From the sequence record DRR378314_409: DNA of 64,000 bases; one strand, 5' to 3'. Below the pieces are notes generated by a model. That model saw only the letters and a list, made by a program, of their open reading frames with translations, did no database searches and had not been told where the DNA came from. Position 1 is the stretch's first letter, and each line of letters begins with the position of its first letter. This document shows positions 31,152 through 39,980 of the stretch, one piece after another. Made by a program: the position numbers and the translations under genes.

Positions 31152-31243
31152 GGTTGATATTCTCCTATAGAGCAATACACATGTGGTTCCCCCAACACTG
31201 GGCTGAACCGAGGGATGTCGGATCCTCATCTGGCCTCCGACAC
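31152..31243 (-). promoter_or_regulatory. ROSE-like RNA thermometer in the ibpA 5' UTR
   Basis: Minus strand has three hairpins: UGUCGGA/UCCGACA; GGUUC..CCCA-GUGU-UGGG..GAACC; and UAUU-G-CUC-UAUAG-GAG-AAUA, pairing UUGCU with the SD and leaving a bulged G. Confidence 0.7.
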
Positions 31244-31248
31244 AAAAT

Positions 31249-31276
31249 ACATATGTTGGTTTGATTTAGATTCAAG
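31249..31276 (-). promoter_or_regulatory. RpoH (sigma32)-type promoter of ibpA
   Basis: Minus strand CTTGAA-N15-CATATGT resembles the alphaproteobacterial RpoH consensus CTTGAA-N15/16-CCTATAT. Confidence 0.65.
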
Positions 31277-31341
31277 ATTTATAGAAGGGAAAATTAACAT
31301 TTTTCTCTTATGACAATTAGAGACATGTTTAAAGGAAGATT

Positions 31342-31788
31342 ATGACTTCAGGGATCGATGAGCAGCCGAACCAAGGCGGGAGCGCTATTTTCTTCTCTCG
31401 TACCTATGATGAAGCTCTGCGGCTGGTCGTGGAGGCCCGTGAGTATCTTCTGGGTCCAGGCAGTATGGCCGTTAAGAAGTTATCCCATGAAGCCAGTTTT
31501 CTCTACGCCACAGAGTCGCTGCGCCTGACAACACGTCTGACAGAATGTATGTCCTGGTTGATGTTTCAGCGTGCTGTTATTGAAGGGGAGATTACCGCGC
31601 AGGATGCACAGGCGGATGAATGTCATCTTCAGTTTCAAAGCACCTGTTTGCCCGAAGAGATAAATGGGGATATGGAAATTTTACCGCCCGGCCTAATTTC
31701 CTTGCTGGAAAGAAGTGAGCTTCTTTATCGGCGGATCTTACGCTTAGATTACCAGGCGATGGATAGTTTCAAGCAAGCCAGATCATAA
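31342..31788 (+). CDS. rcdA: DUF1465 family, regulator of CtrA degradation (ClpXP adaptor)
   Basis: TYDEALRLVVEAREYL...YATESLRLTTRLTECMSWLMFQRAV...LP..L..L.ERSELLYRRILRLD; convergent with rpmE. Confidence 0.82.
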   Translation: MTSGIDEQPNQGGSAIFFSRTYDEALRLVVEAREYLLGPGSMAVKKLSHEASFLYATESLRLTTRLTECMSWLMFQRAVIEGEITAQDAQADECHLQFQSTCLPEEINGDMEILPPGLISLLERSELLYRRILRLDYQAMDSFKQARS

Positions 31789-31797
31789 GCATTGAAA

Positions 31798-31818
31798 AAG
31801 GCGCCATTCCGGCGCCTT
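31798..31818. terminator. Hairpin between convergent rcdA and rpmE
   Basis: AAGGCGCC-ATTCC-GGCGCCTT, preceded by an A tract (U tract for rpmE). Confidence 0.7.
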
Positions 31819-31845
31819 GATTCTGTCGTCCTGTAAGTCGTTGGC

Positions 31846-32067
31846 TTACTTGATGCCAAAGCTTGAAAAGCGTTTGTTGAACTTTGCAACACGACCATCT
31901 TCACGAACACGCTGTGTTCCACCAGTCCATGCAGGATGGCTTTTGATATCAATATCAAGCTTCAACACATCGCCTTCACTGCCATATGTAGAGCGTGTTT
32001 CAAATGTAGAACCATCTGTCATTTCAACTGTGATGGTGTGGTATTCAGGATGTGTATCTTTTTTCAT
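31846..32067 (-). CDS. rpmE: 50S ribosomal protein L31
   Basis: [10 protein letters not shown]...TRST...[14 protein letters not shown]...[10 protein letters not shown]. Confidence 0.97.
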   Translation of the reverse strand: MKKDTHPEYHTITVEMTDGSTFETRSTYGSEGDVLKLDIDIKSHPAWTGGTQRVREDGRVAKFNKRFSSFGIK

Positions 32068-32231
32068 ATCGCCTCTACCCTCTCGGGGATGCTGGAATTC
32101 ACTAAGCGGGCCTTATATTAAAGCTTTAGCCTGTTGGCAAGCAAAGATATATTTTTTTCTGAATTTTCTTGTAGAAACAGTCAAATTCCTTAAAAACGTG
32201 GGTCAGAACAGGAAGAATTGAAAGAGAGCGC

Positions 32232-34043
32232 GTGACTGAAACCCAGACAGATCAAAAGCAGCCTGAATCTACTAGTCGAGCTAAAAAACCGCCAGTTACC
32301 CGTCTCCTGGATCTATATAGATTTGTAGCCCCCTATAAAGCACGCTTTGCTGGCGCAATGATCGCTCTTGTTTTTGCATCGGCAAGTTTGTTGCTTATCG
32401 GGCAGGCAATTCGTCTGCTTTTGGATCATGGATTCTCAAAAGGCTCGGAGAATCTGGATCAGTATTTTATCGGTCTGATGGCTGTTGTAGTGGGATTGGC
32501 TTTCGCGTCTTTTGCTCGTTACTATCTTGTCTCCTGGATAGGGGAGCGGGTGATTTCAGACATTCGTGCTGCAGTTTTCAGCCATATTTTGAAACTTAAC
32601 CCTGCTTTTTTCGAGATAACCCGTACCGGTGAGGTGTTGTCTCGGCTAACGACAGACACCACGCTTATTCAAACAGTCATCGGCTCCTCCGTTTCTGTTG
32701 CGCTTCGGAACATCCTGTCCTTTGTTGGTGGCTTATGTCTGCTGGTTTACACAAGCCCCAAGCTTGCCGGCATGGTTCTATTGGTCGTCCCTCTGATCGT
32801 CATTCCCATTATTTTCTTTGGACGAAAGGTTCGAAAGCTTAGCTCCCGTAATCAGGATGCCATTGCCCGGGTAAGTGCCCGTGCGGATGAAACCTTGCGA
32901 TCTATTCAGACCTCTCAGGCTTATAACCACGAAGATATTGACCGAAAATTCTTTTCTGCAGATGTAGAAGAAAGCTTTAGGATCGCCATCACCCGGATTA
33001 AGGCAAGGGCCTGGTTGACGGCAATTGTGATTCTCCTGGTTTTTGGTGCGATTGATTTTGTTTTATGGAGCGGAGCAACTGACGTTGTTCGGGGGGACAT
33101 GTCGCCTGGAACACTTGCCTCGTTTGTATTTTATGCAATTGTGGTTGCCGGTGCGATGGGGTCTTTGAGCGAGATTTGGGGAGAACTTCAACGGGCTGCG
33201 GGCGCTTCCGAAAGATTACTGGAGTTATTGAATGAAGAGCCAGAAATCGAAGCCCCTTCAAACCCTTTGCCAATTGGTCGGGATCTGACGGGTAATATTG
33301 CCTTCAATGAAGTGAGTTTTCGATATCCAACCCGGCCTGACCACAAAGCGCTGGATACCTTTTCCCTGGAAGTTCAATCAGGTGAAACGGTTGCAATCGT
33401 TGGCCCTAGCGGTGCTGGTAAGACAACAATATTTCAACTGTTATTACGTTTTTACGATCCGCAGCACGGCACAATTAAACTGAATGATGTGGACATTACG
33501 AAAGCGACACCTGAGGCGGTTCGTGGTTTAATGGGCTTGGTCCCGCAGGATCCGATTATTTTCGCGGATTCCGCCCGAAATAATATTCTATACGGGCGCC
33601 CAGATGCGACAGAAGAGCAGGTCATTGCTGCGGCAAAGGCGGCAGCAGCATATGAATTTATTGTGGATCTTCCCGAAGGTTTGGACACCTATTTTGGAGA
33701 ACGGGGCGTAACACTCTCTGGCGGCCAGAAGCAGCGGATTGCAATAGCCAGGGCAATTTTGAGGGATCCTCAGATTTTGCTTCTGGATGAAGCAACGTCA
33801 GCTTTGGATGCAGAAAGTGAAAGTCTGGTTCAGTCTGCACTTGAAAACCTGATGGATGGCCGTACAACACTTGTGATCGCTCATCGGTTGGCAACGGTCC
33901 TGAGTGCTGATCGAATAGTCGTGGTGGATAAGGGAAAAATTGTAACCCAGGGCACACATGCTGAACTAATGCAGGAAGATGGCCTTTACGCTAAGCTTGC
34001 GAAGCTTCAGTTTGATACAGGACGTGAGGCGATAACAGCCTGA
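32232..34043 (+). CDS. MsbA-related ABC exporter (fused TMD-NBD)
   Basis: WIGERVISDIR, TGEVLSRLTTDTTLIQ, GPSGAGKT, LSGGQKQRIAIARA, LLDEATSALD, IAHRLAT. Confidence 0.92.
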   Translation: MTETQTDQKQPESTSRAKKPPVTRLLDLYRFVAPYKARFAGAMIALVFASASLLLIGQAIRLLLDHGFSKGSENLDQYFIGLMAVVVGLAFASFARYYLVSWIGERVISDIRAAVFSHILKLNPAFFEITRTGEVLSRLTTDTTLIQTVIGSSVSVALRNILSFVGGLCLLVYTSPKLAGMVLLVVPLIVIPIIFFGRKVRKLSSRNQDAIARVSARADETLRSIQTSQAYNHEDIDRKFFSADVEESFRIAITRIKARAWLTAIVILLVFGAIDFVLWSGATDVVRGDMSPGTLASFVFYAIVVAGAMGSLSEIWGELQRAAGASERLLELLNEEPEIEAPSNPLPIGRDLTGNIAFNEVSFRYPTRPDHKALDTFSLEVQSGETVAIVGPSGAGKTTIFQLLLRFYDPQHGTIKLNDVDITKATPEAVRGLMGLVPQDPIIFADSARNNILYGRPDATEEQVIAAAKAAAAYEFIVDLPEGLDTYFGERGVTLSGGQKQRIAIARAILRDPQILLLDEATSALDAESESLVQSALENLMDGRTTLVIAHRLATVLSADRIVVVDKGKIVTQGTHAELMQEDGLYAKLAKLQFDTGREAITA

Positions 34044-34086
34044 AGGGTTCTGCCGTTAATGAATTTAGGGAATAGGATTTAGCTTT

Positions 34087-35130
34087 TTGCAGCGGATTTT
34101 TATTGTAGTTATGAGCCTTCTTGTGGTGGCCGTTGGGGTTGCTGTCTATGTGCTCGTTTCCACCGGGCAGTTCGATACGATCGAGCCGCAGTTCACCGGT
34201 CATTGTGTTGCTGTTGAAGGCGTGCCGGGTGTTGAAGATATCGTCGTTCATCCCTCGGGTCAGTATGCGTTTATGTCATCGCGAGATCGCCAGTCGGATG
34301 CGCGTGGAGATATTTTTCTATACGATTTACAGCAGTCGAATAAAGAGCCGATCAATCTGACAAAATCATTAGAAGGTCCATTCTCACCCCTTGGTCTGTC
34401 CTATTTTCAGGGGGCAGACGGACAGGCGCGGTTATTCGTCGTGGATCGCGTGACCAAGTTTCCGAATGAAAACAACAAAAGCAAGATCAGAATTTTTAAG
34501 TGGGCAAATCAAGCCCTGGTGGAGCAAAATACAATCCCGGTGACCGGAAGTCCCAACAGCATTCTTGCTGTGGGCTTGCAGCAGTTTTATGTCACACATG
34601 ATTATCGATATGCAAAGAACCTGATTTCTGACTTGCAATCTGTCTTGGCATTGCCGATTTCCAGTGTCGGCTATTTCAATGGAATGGATTTTCAGGAAGT
34701 GGTCTCCGGCTTGGAGTTTGCAAATGGTATCGTTGCCTCAGAGGATGGAAAAACCGTTTACGTTGCTGAAACGTTAGGGCGCCAGATTTCCATATTTAAC
34801 CGGAACCTGGAAACAGGGGCGTTGAGCTTGAGAGAAGAGGTGCAATTGCCTACTGCGCCCGACAACCTAACCAGAGGCGAGCAGGATCGAATATGGATTG
34901 CAGGGCATCCTCAGCTGCTAAGCTATTACGGTCATCAAGGGGATATTGATAAGTTATCCCCCAGTCATATCTTACAGCTTTCCAAAGGCGCCGCCGATCA
35001 GATCGTTGCAACTCAGCTGATGCTGGATGCAGGCGATTTGATATCAGGCGCATCAGTCGCGGCCCCGATTGGTCGCCGCTTTCTTGTTGGCGCAGCATTT
35101 GAGAATAAATTCCTGGATTGCAGCCTTTAA
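34087..35130 (+). CDS. Paraoxonase/arylesterase-like Ca-dependent six-bladed beta-propeller
   Basis: N-terminal anchor; GVEDI, FSPLGLS, PNSILAVG..FYVTHD, FANGI...DGKTVYVAE, PDNL, WIAGHP, C-terminal FLDCSL, collinear with PON1 motifs. Confidence 0.85.
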   Translation: MQRIFIVVMSLLVVAVGVAVYVLVSTGQFDTIEPQFTGHCVAVEGVPGVEDIVVHPSGQYAFMSSRDRQSDARGDIFLYDLQQSNKEPINLTKSLEGPFSPLGLSYFQGADGQARLFVVDRVTKFPNENNKSKIRIFKWANQALVEQNTIPVTGSPNSILAVGLQQFYVTHDYRYAKNLISDLQSVLALPISSVGYFNGMDFQEVVSGLEFANGIVASEDGKTVYVAETLGRQISIFNRNLETGALSLREEVQLPTAPDNLTRGEQDRIWIAGHPQLLSYYGHQGDIDKLSPSHILQLSKGAADQIVATQLMLDAGDLISGASVAAPIGRRFLVGAAFENKFLDCSL

Positions 35131-35148
35131 AGATTAGCGATCAGGGAA

Positions 35149-36531
35149 TTACCTTTCCGTCAGCTTCAGCTCAATTCTTCGATTACGAAGATAGCCAATT
35201 TCATCGTCCCGGGGATCTAGAGGCTGAAACTGCCCAAATCCTGTTGGAGCGAGCCGCTGAGGGGGCACTCCGCGTGCGATTAGGTATTTGGTCACGGAAA
35301 GCGCGCGGGCGATGGACAGCTCCCAATTGGACGGGAAACGGGCTGTGTTGATGGGTTGTTTATCCGTATGGCCATCTACCCGAAGAACCCAGTCGATTTC
35401 ATCTGGAATGTCTTCGGCTATTTCCAACAAGGTATTGGCAAAAGTTTTCATATTTGCCCGGCCTTCTGGGCCAAGTTCCGCCTCGCCAAGGCCAAACAAG
35501 ACTTCTGATTGAAAGACGAACCGGTCGCCAACAACGCTGATGCCTGGCTTGTCTTTGAGGACTTCTCGAAGTCTGCCGAAAAAGTCGGATCGGTATTGCT
35601 GCAGTTCTTGAACCTTTTGCGCCAATGCCTGATTAAGCCGCTTGCCCAAATCTGCGATTTGCACCTTTTGTTCCTTGTCTTTCTCTTCCGCAATTTCGAG
35701 TGCTTTTTCAATACTCGCAAGCTGCGTGCGAAGAGCGGCCATTTGCGCGTTCAGCAATTCAACCTGCGCTTTGGCTTCGGCGGAAATTCTTTCTTCTTCG
35801 GTCAACTGGTCCTGCGTTTGAAGGTACAGGGCTTGAAGTTCGGACAAGCGGATCTCCCGCTCCTTGATATCCTCCTGCGCCAGCTGGGTCCGTTCCGCTT
35901 CGTCTGCCAGCTTGGCTTCCAATTCCTTGCTACGATCCCGGAGGTTACCCAGTTCAGTGTCTTTATCCAAAAGTGCAGTTTTCAGATTGCCGACTTCTTT
36001 TTCAAGATCCTCTCTGACTTGTTTGAGCGCTGCGATATCCCGTTGCAGGCTTTCGATCTCTTTCAGGTTTGCAGAAATTTTATCCTGCTCTGCTTGAATA
36101 CGCTCCTCTGCATCTTTCAGAGCTTGCTCTTTCTGGTCGGTTTCTTCTTCCTGTTTCCGAAGAAGGAGAACAAGTTCATCTCGCTCTGTTTCTGCCTCAA
36201 GCGCACGGCTTGTCAGAGTTTCAAGCTGGATGATCGCCGTATCCCGTTCTTTGTTGGATTCCCGCAAAGAACTGGTTAGAGCGGTAATATCTTGTTTTAG
36301 CTCTACGTTTGACTGCTTTTCCAATGCCAGAAGGTCTGAAAGCTCTGCAACCTGCTGGTTTAGTTTTTCCAGCGCCGCATCTCGGCCTGAAAGTGCTTTA
36401 GACAGAAAAAATTGGGAAAGCGCAAAAACCACCAGCAAAAAGATGATCACCAAAAGCAGGGTTGTCAGGGCATCTACAAAACCTGGCCAGATTTCATAGT
36501 TTGCGCGCTGTCCGTTTCTTCTGCGTGCCAT
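35149..36531 (-). CDS. MotB-like protein: single TM, long periplasmic coiled coil, OmpA-like peptidoglycan-binding domain
   Basis: IWPGFVDALTTLLLVIIFLL (conserved Asp), about 270 aa rich in E/K/Q/L heptads, VDGHTD...NWELSIARA...RNRRIEL. Confidence 0.88.
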   Translation of the reverse strand: MARRRNGQRANYEIWPGFVDALTTLLLVIIFLLVVFALSQFFLSKALSGRDAALEKLNQQVAELSDLLALEKQSNVELKQDITALTSSLRESNKERDTAIIQLETLTSRALEAETERDELVLLLRKQEEETDQKEQALKDAEERIQAEQDKISANLKEIESLQRDIAALKQVREDLEKEVGNLKTALLDKDTELGNLRDRSKELEAKLADEAERTQLAQEDIKEREIRLSELQALYLQTQDQLTEEERISAEAKAQVELLNAQMAALRTQLASIEKALEIAEEKDKEQKVQIADLGKRLNQALAQKVQELQQYRSDFFGRLREVLKDKPGISVVGDRFVFQSEVLFGLGEAELGPEGRANMKTFANTLLEIAEDIPDEIDWVLRVDGHTDKQPINTARFPSNWELSIARALSVTKYLIARGVPPQRLAPTGFGQFQPLDPRDDEIGYLRNRRIELKLTER

Positions 36532-36551
36532 CAGGTACCCTCTATACTCAA

Positions 36552-37748
36552 TTAGCTACGTTTATCTTCTTCGGCAATTGTCGCGATGGTGCGCGTCAGA
36601 AGTTTGATGTCACTGCGAATTTCCTGAACGATCTGGTTACGGCCGTCAGCAACATCTTCCAACATTCTGGCCATATAAACATCCAGATTGCGAAGATGAT
36701 TTCGGCTGGCCTGATCAAGTCCTCCTTGTTCCTGGATCTGCGCCATTCGTTGCAGAACCGGTTTTAACTCTATTTGTCCTTCGACAAGCTTCACCATCAG
36801 ATCCTGTTCAGCCCGCATTTGATCCGTTAGGGCTGCCAGTTTCTCACTGACTGTGATCATTGTTGCCTCTCCGCTGTGGCGACGCTCCTCATTGCGCGAC
36901 AGCGTTCGCTGCAAGGTGTCCAAGCTTTCAGCTGTTTGTTCCAAAAGCGCGCTGACATACGCAGGGACACTTTGATCGCCATCAGAAATAGCGCCGGCTC
37001 CAGAAGAGGTGAATTTGGTGATGGTTGTCAGCCACTCTTCCAAATCGGTATAAAACCGGTTTTGAGCCTGACCGGCCTGCATATCCAAAAAGCCAAGAAT
37101 TAGGGAGCCGGAAAGGCCGAATAGGGATGAGGAAAAGGCCACAGCCATCCCATCCAGCGGCTTTTCAAGGCCCGCCTGAAGTTCATTGAAAACTTTATTA
37201 AAGTCGTTGCTGTTGACGTTGAGTGCAGAAATCGCATCACCGACAGAACCCACTGTTTCCAGCAATCCCCAGAAGGTTCCGAGGAGTCCAAGAAATACAA
37301 GAACGTTAATCAGGTATCGTGAAATATCGCGGCCTTCATCCAGTCGGGCGCTAACGCTATCCAGCATAGTGTTCATAGTGACCGCAGACATGCGGAGCGG
37401 CCCGTTACTGTCGCGGATAATTGTTGCCAAAGGGGAGAGAAGGCTTGGGGTACTTTGCAGGGACACACTGCTTTCGCTTTTACGAAGGTTTTCAGTCCAG
37501 CTAATCTCCTTATTTAGAATAAGGACTTGGCGGAAAATGAAAATAATACCAAACAGCAGTGTAGCGAGAATTAACCCGTTCAAATAGGGGTTTGCTTCAA
37601 ACGCTGTTCGCGCTGGCTGAAACAGAAATGCCCCAATTGCAACCACAATAGCCAGAAAAACGACCATTCGGATCAGATGTCGTTGGGGTTTGTTGATTTT
37701 GGGTGAATTGAAACCTTGTGTCGTGGATATTCCTGGAAGTGTTGCCAT
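36552..37748 (-). CDS. MotA/TolQ/ExbB-like channel protein with long C-terminal tail
   Basis: Four hydrophobic segments; FLGLLGTFWGL and GMAVAFSSSLFGL channel motifs; about 175 aa helical tail. Confidence 0.85.
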   Translation of the reverse strand: MATLPGISTTQGFNSPKINKPQRHLIRMVVFLAIVVAIGAFLFQPARTAFEANPYLNGLILATLLFGIIFIFRQVLILNKEISWTENLRKSESSVSLQSTPSLLSPLATIIRDSNGPLRMSAVTMNTMLDSVSARLDEGRDISRYLINVLVFLGLLGTFWGLLETVGSVGDAISALNVNSNDFNKVFNELQAGLEKPLDGMAVAFSSSLFGLSGSLILGFLDMQAGQAQNRFYTDLEEWLTTITKFTSSGAGAISDGDQSVPAYVSALLEQTAESLDTLQRTLSRNEERRHSGEATMITVSEKLAALTDQMRAEQDLMVKLVEGQIELKPVLQRMAQIQEQGGLDQASRNHLRNLDVYMARMLEDVADGRNQIVQEIRSDIKLLTRTIATIAEEDKRS

Positions 37749-37750
37749 GA

Positions 37751-38935
37751 TTACCTTGTTACCATTTTCAAGTCGACCCGATCAGCCGGCGACCCATCGT
37801 TTGGTTTGCCGAGGGCTCTGACCTCTATCTTGTTATTGGGAACGCCCAGTTCCATCAGCTTTGATCTAATCACTAAGGCCCGGCCAAGGGAAAGTCGCCG
37901 CGCGGTACCATTGCTGCTGGCGTTGGCGAAGGCAACGAGTTGAATGCGATCACTCTTTCCTTCAATGGCTGCGGCCAGATCCTGGAGTGTTGAAGATGCT
38001 GAAGATGGCAACGTCGTTTCGCCTTCTTCAAAGAGAATAGATTGCAGTTCAGCTGACGAAACCGATTGAAGCGACTCAGACTTCTCAAGCGTTTTATTTG
38101 GCGTCTTTATGGTCTCCGGTGCAACAGCGGCGACCTGCATGTCTTTTTCTTGTGAAGGTTCAGCTGCCTTAGTTGATTGTGTTGGAGCTGCTGTTTCGGC
38201 AGGCGTGTTGGCAGCCACTGCTGTGTCTGTCGATTGATCCGGCGTTATTTTCTTCGGGCTATCAGACGGAGAGGTTTCAGTAACTGTTTCTTGAGTTTCT
38301 GAGGGTGCGTCTGACGCCGATGCGGTTTCGGCCTCTTTCACTGGTTCCGCAGGCTTCTCAGCAACTTTCGGTTCAGCTGGAGCAGCCGCCTTTGGTTCAG
38401 GTGAATTTTTTGGGGCACTGGGTTCGGGTGCCTTGGCAGCTTCAGCCTTTTTCACAGGTACTTGTGCGGGCTCTGCCTCTACCTCTGCCGTAACCACTTG
38501 TTTGGTGGCTTCAGGCTCCTTGGCGACCGTTGGCGGAGTGTCGTCTTTAGGCTCTATCTTCGCAACAGCAGGTGCGGGTTTTGGTTTTTGGACTTTTTTA
38601 GGTTTAGGAGTTGGTTTCGGGCGACTGCCAGGAGGGACAAGCTTGATGACCTCGTCTCCATGCTGAATAGTTGCGCTTTTGCTATAATCTGTTCCGCCCT
38701 GCCCTTGGGAGAGTGAAGATGCAGGTGCGATAATGAATCGGGAAGTTGCGACAGGCGAATGCCCGCCAGAAATTGCCCCTAGATTCACTGTGACTGGGCG
38801 AGAGCCGCTACCGCCAATGACAACGGTCTGCGCCGATACACTCACGCTGATCAACCCGGCGGCGAGCAGAGAGGCGCCTCCCACACTAAGTTGAAACTGA
38901 CGGTTCCGGATTTGTCCTTTGCCTATACGAGCCAT
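37751..38935 (-). CDS. Exported protein with long Pro/Ala/Lys/Glu linker and degenerate C-terminal OmpA-like domain
   Basis: Probable start MARIGKG (38935); hydrophobic signal ending VSA-Q; low-complexity linker; ILFEEGET...LVAFAN...RRLSLGRALVIRSKLMELGV...IEVRALG...DRVDL. Confidence 0.75.
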   Translation of the reverse strand: MARIGKGQIRNRQFQLSVGGASLLAAGLISVSVSAQTVVIGGSGSRPVTVNLGAISGGHSPVATSRFIIAPASSLSQGQGGTDYSKSATIQHGDEVIKLVPPGSRPKPTPKPKKVQKPKPAPAVAKIEPKDDTPPTVAKEPEATKQVVTAEVEAEPAQVPVKKAEAAKAPEPSAPKNSPEPKAAAPAEPKVAEKPAEPVKEAETASASDAPSETQETVTETSPSDSPKKITPDQSTDTAVAANTPAETAAPTQSTKAAEPSQEKDMQVAAVAPETIKTPNKTLEKSESLQSVSSAELQSILFEEGETTLPSSASSTLQDLAAAIEGKSDRIQLVAFANASSNGTARRLSLGRALVIRSKLMELGVPNNKIEVRALGKPNDGSPADRVDLKMVTR

Positions 38936-39136
38936 ATCTGGCAGACCCCCAAACTCACTAATCGATTTGCGCACATGCTCAGCAATATTATTGCATCTAT
39001 TCACGACTGGGTTATAGCATAGGTGAACCAGAAATTTGGCACAATCATGACAGCCGCAAATATTGCTAGGCGACAATAGCTTAGCAAAGCTTTGGTCACA
39101 ACTCCTAAGTGGGTTGTAGCGATCCAGGGGGTCTGC

Positions 39137-39940
39137 TTAGTTGCTTTTGCGTGCCCGGCGAAGTGTTTCGGAAAGTTGGGAATTAATGTTGGCATTTGTC
39201 GCCAGGACATCACCTTCTTCCAAAATTTTCTCTCCGCCATTGATTTGGCTAATCAGGCCGCCAGCCTCGCGAACCAGTATAACACCCGCTGCCAGATCCC
39301 AGGCTGAAAGCCCACGCTCCCAAAAACCGTCGTAACGGCCCGCGGCAACATATGCAAGATCAAGAGCGGCGGCGCCGAAGCGGCGAATACCGGCGGAAAC
39401 AGCCATTACCTCGTTGGCTTCTCTCAAGAATAGCTCATGTCCGGGCTTGCCCAAGAACGGGATGCCAGTTGCAAATACGGATTCGGCCATATTGGAGCGA
39501 CCGGAAACCCGCAGCCGGAAATCATTCATGAAGGCCCCATCGCCACGGGAAGCCCAGAAAAGCTCGTCCTTGACGGGATCCAGAATAACACCTGCAATAA
39601 TGTTGTTCCCTTCGACCAAGCCGATAGAAATGGCAAAATGGGGAATTCCATGCAAAAAGTTGGTTGTTCCATCTAAAGGATCAATGACCCAATAATGGCT
39701 ACCGTCCTTGGCCTCCACTTCTCCGCCTTCTTCCAATCGGAATCCATAATTTGGGCGGGCGCGTGAAAGTTCTTCACGGATTGTTTTTTCTGCAGAGATA
39801 TCTGCGTTGCTGACAAAGTCTGCGGGCCCTTTTTTGGAGACCTGGAGTTGTTCAACTTCATTGAAGTCGCGGATCAATTTGCGAGCAGCCTTGCGAGCGG
39901 CGCCTTCCATAACATTGATCAAAGCAGATTTGCGAGCCAT
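39137..39940 (-). CDS. suhB: Inositol monophosphatase family protein
   Basis: DFVSNAD, WVIDPLDGTTNFLHG, RRFGAAALDLAYVAAGR, WDLAAG. Confidence 0.94.
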   Translation of the reverse strand: MARKSALINVMEGAARKAARKLIRDFNEVEQLQVSKKGPADFVSNADISAEKTIREELSRARPNYGFRLEEGGEVEAKDGSHYWVIDPLDGTTNFLHGIPHFAISIGLVEGNNIIAGVILDPVKDELFWASRGDGAFMNDFRLRVSGRSNMAESVFATGIPFLGKPGHELFLREANEVMAVSAGIRRFGAAALDLAYVAAGRYDGFWERGLSAWDLAAGVILVREAGGLISQINGGEKILEEGDVLATNANINSQLSETLRRARKSN

Positions 39941-39980
39941 AATTTAAATACCTAATTACTGATGGTTAAGGAAAAGCGGG

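Noticed and set aside
31846..32067. L31 without Zn-ribbon cysteines as a zinc-starvation paralogue
   Set aside because: Cys-free L31 is the usual form in alphaproteobacteria, and no rpmJ2 is adjacent.
35509..36279. 256-aa plus-strand ORF
   Set aside because: Antisense shadow of the coiled-coil coding region, which explains its F/L-rich composition.
35149..37748. Calling the pair flagellar motAB or Zorya zorAB
   Set aside because: No flagellar genes or ZorC/D/E-type helicase or nuclease nearby, and the context is core housekeeping; left unassigned.
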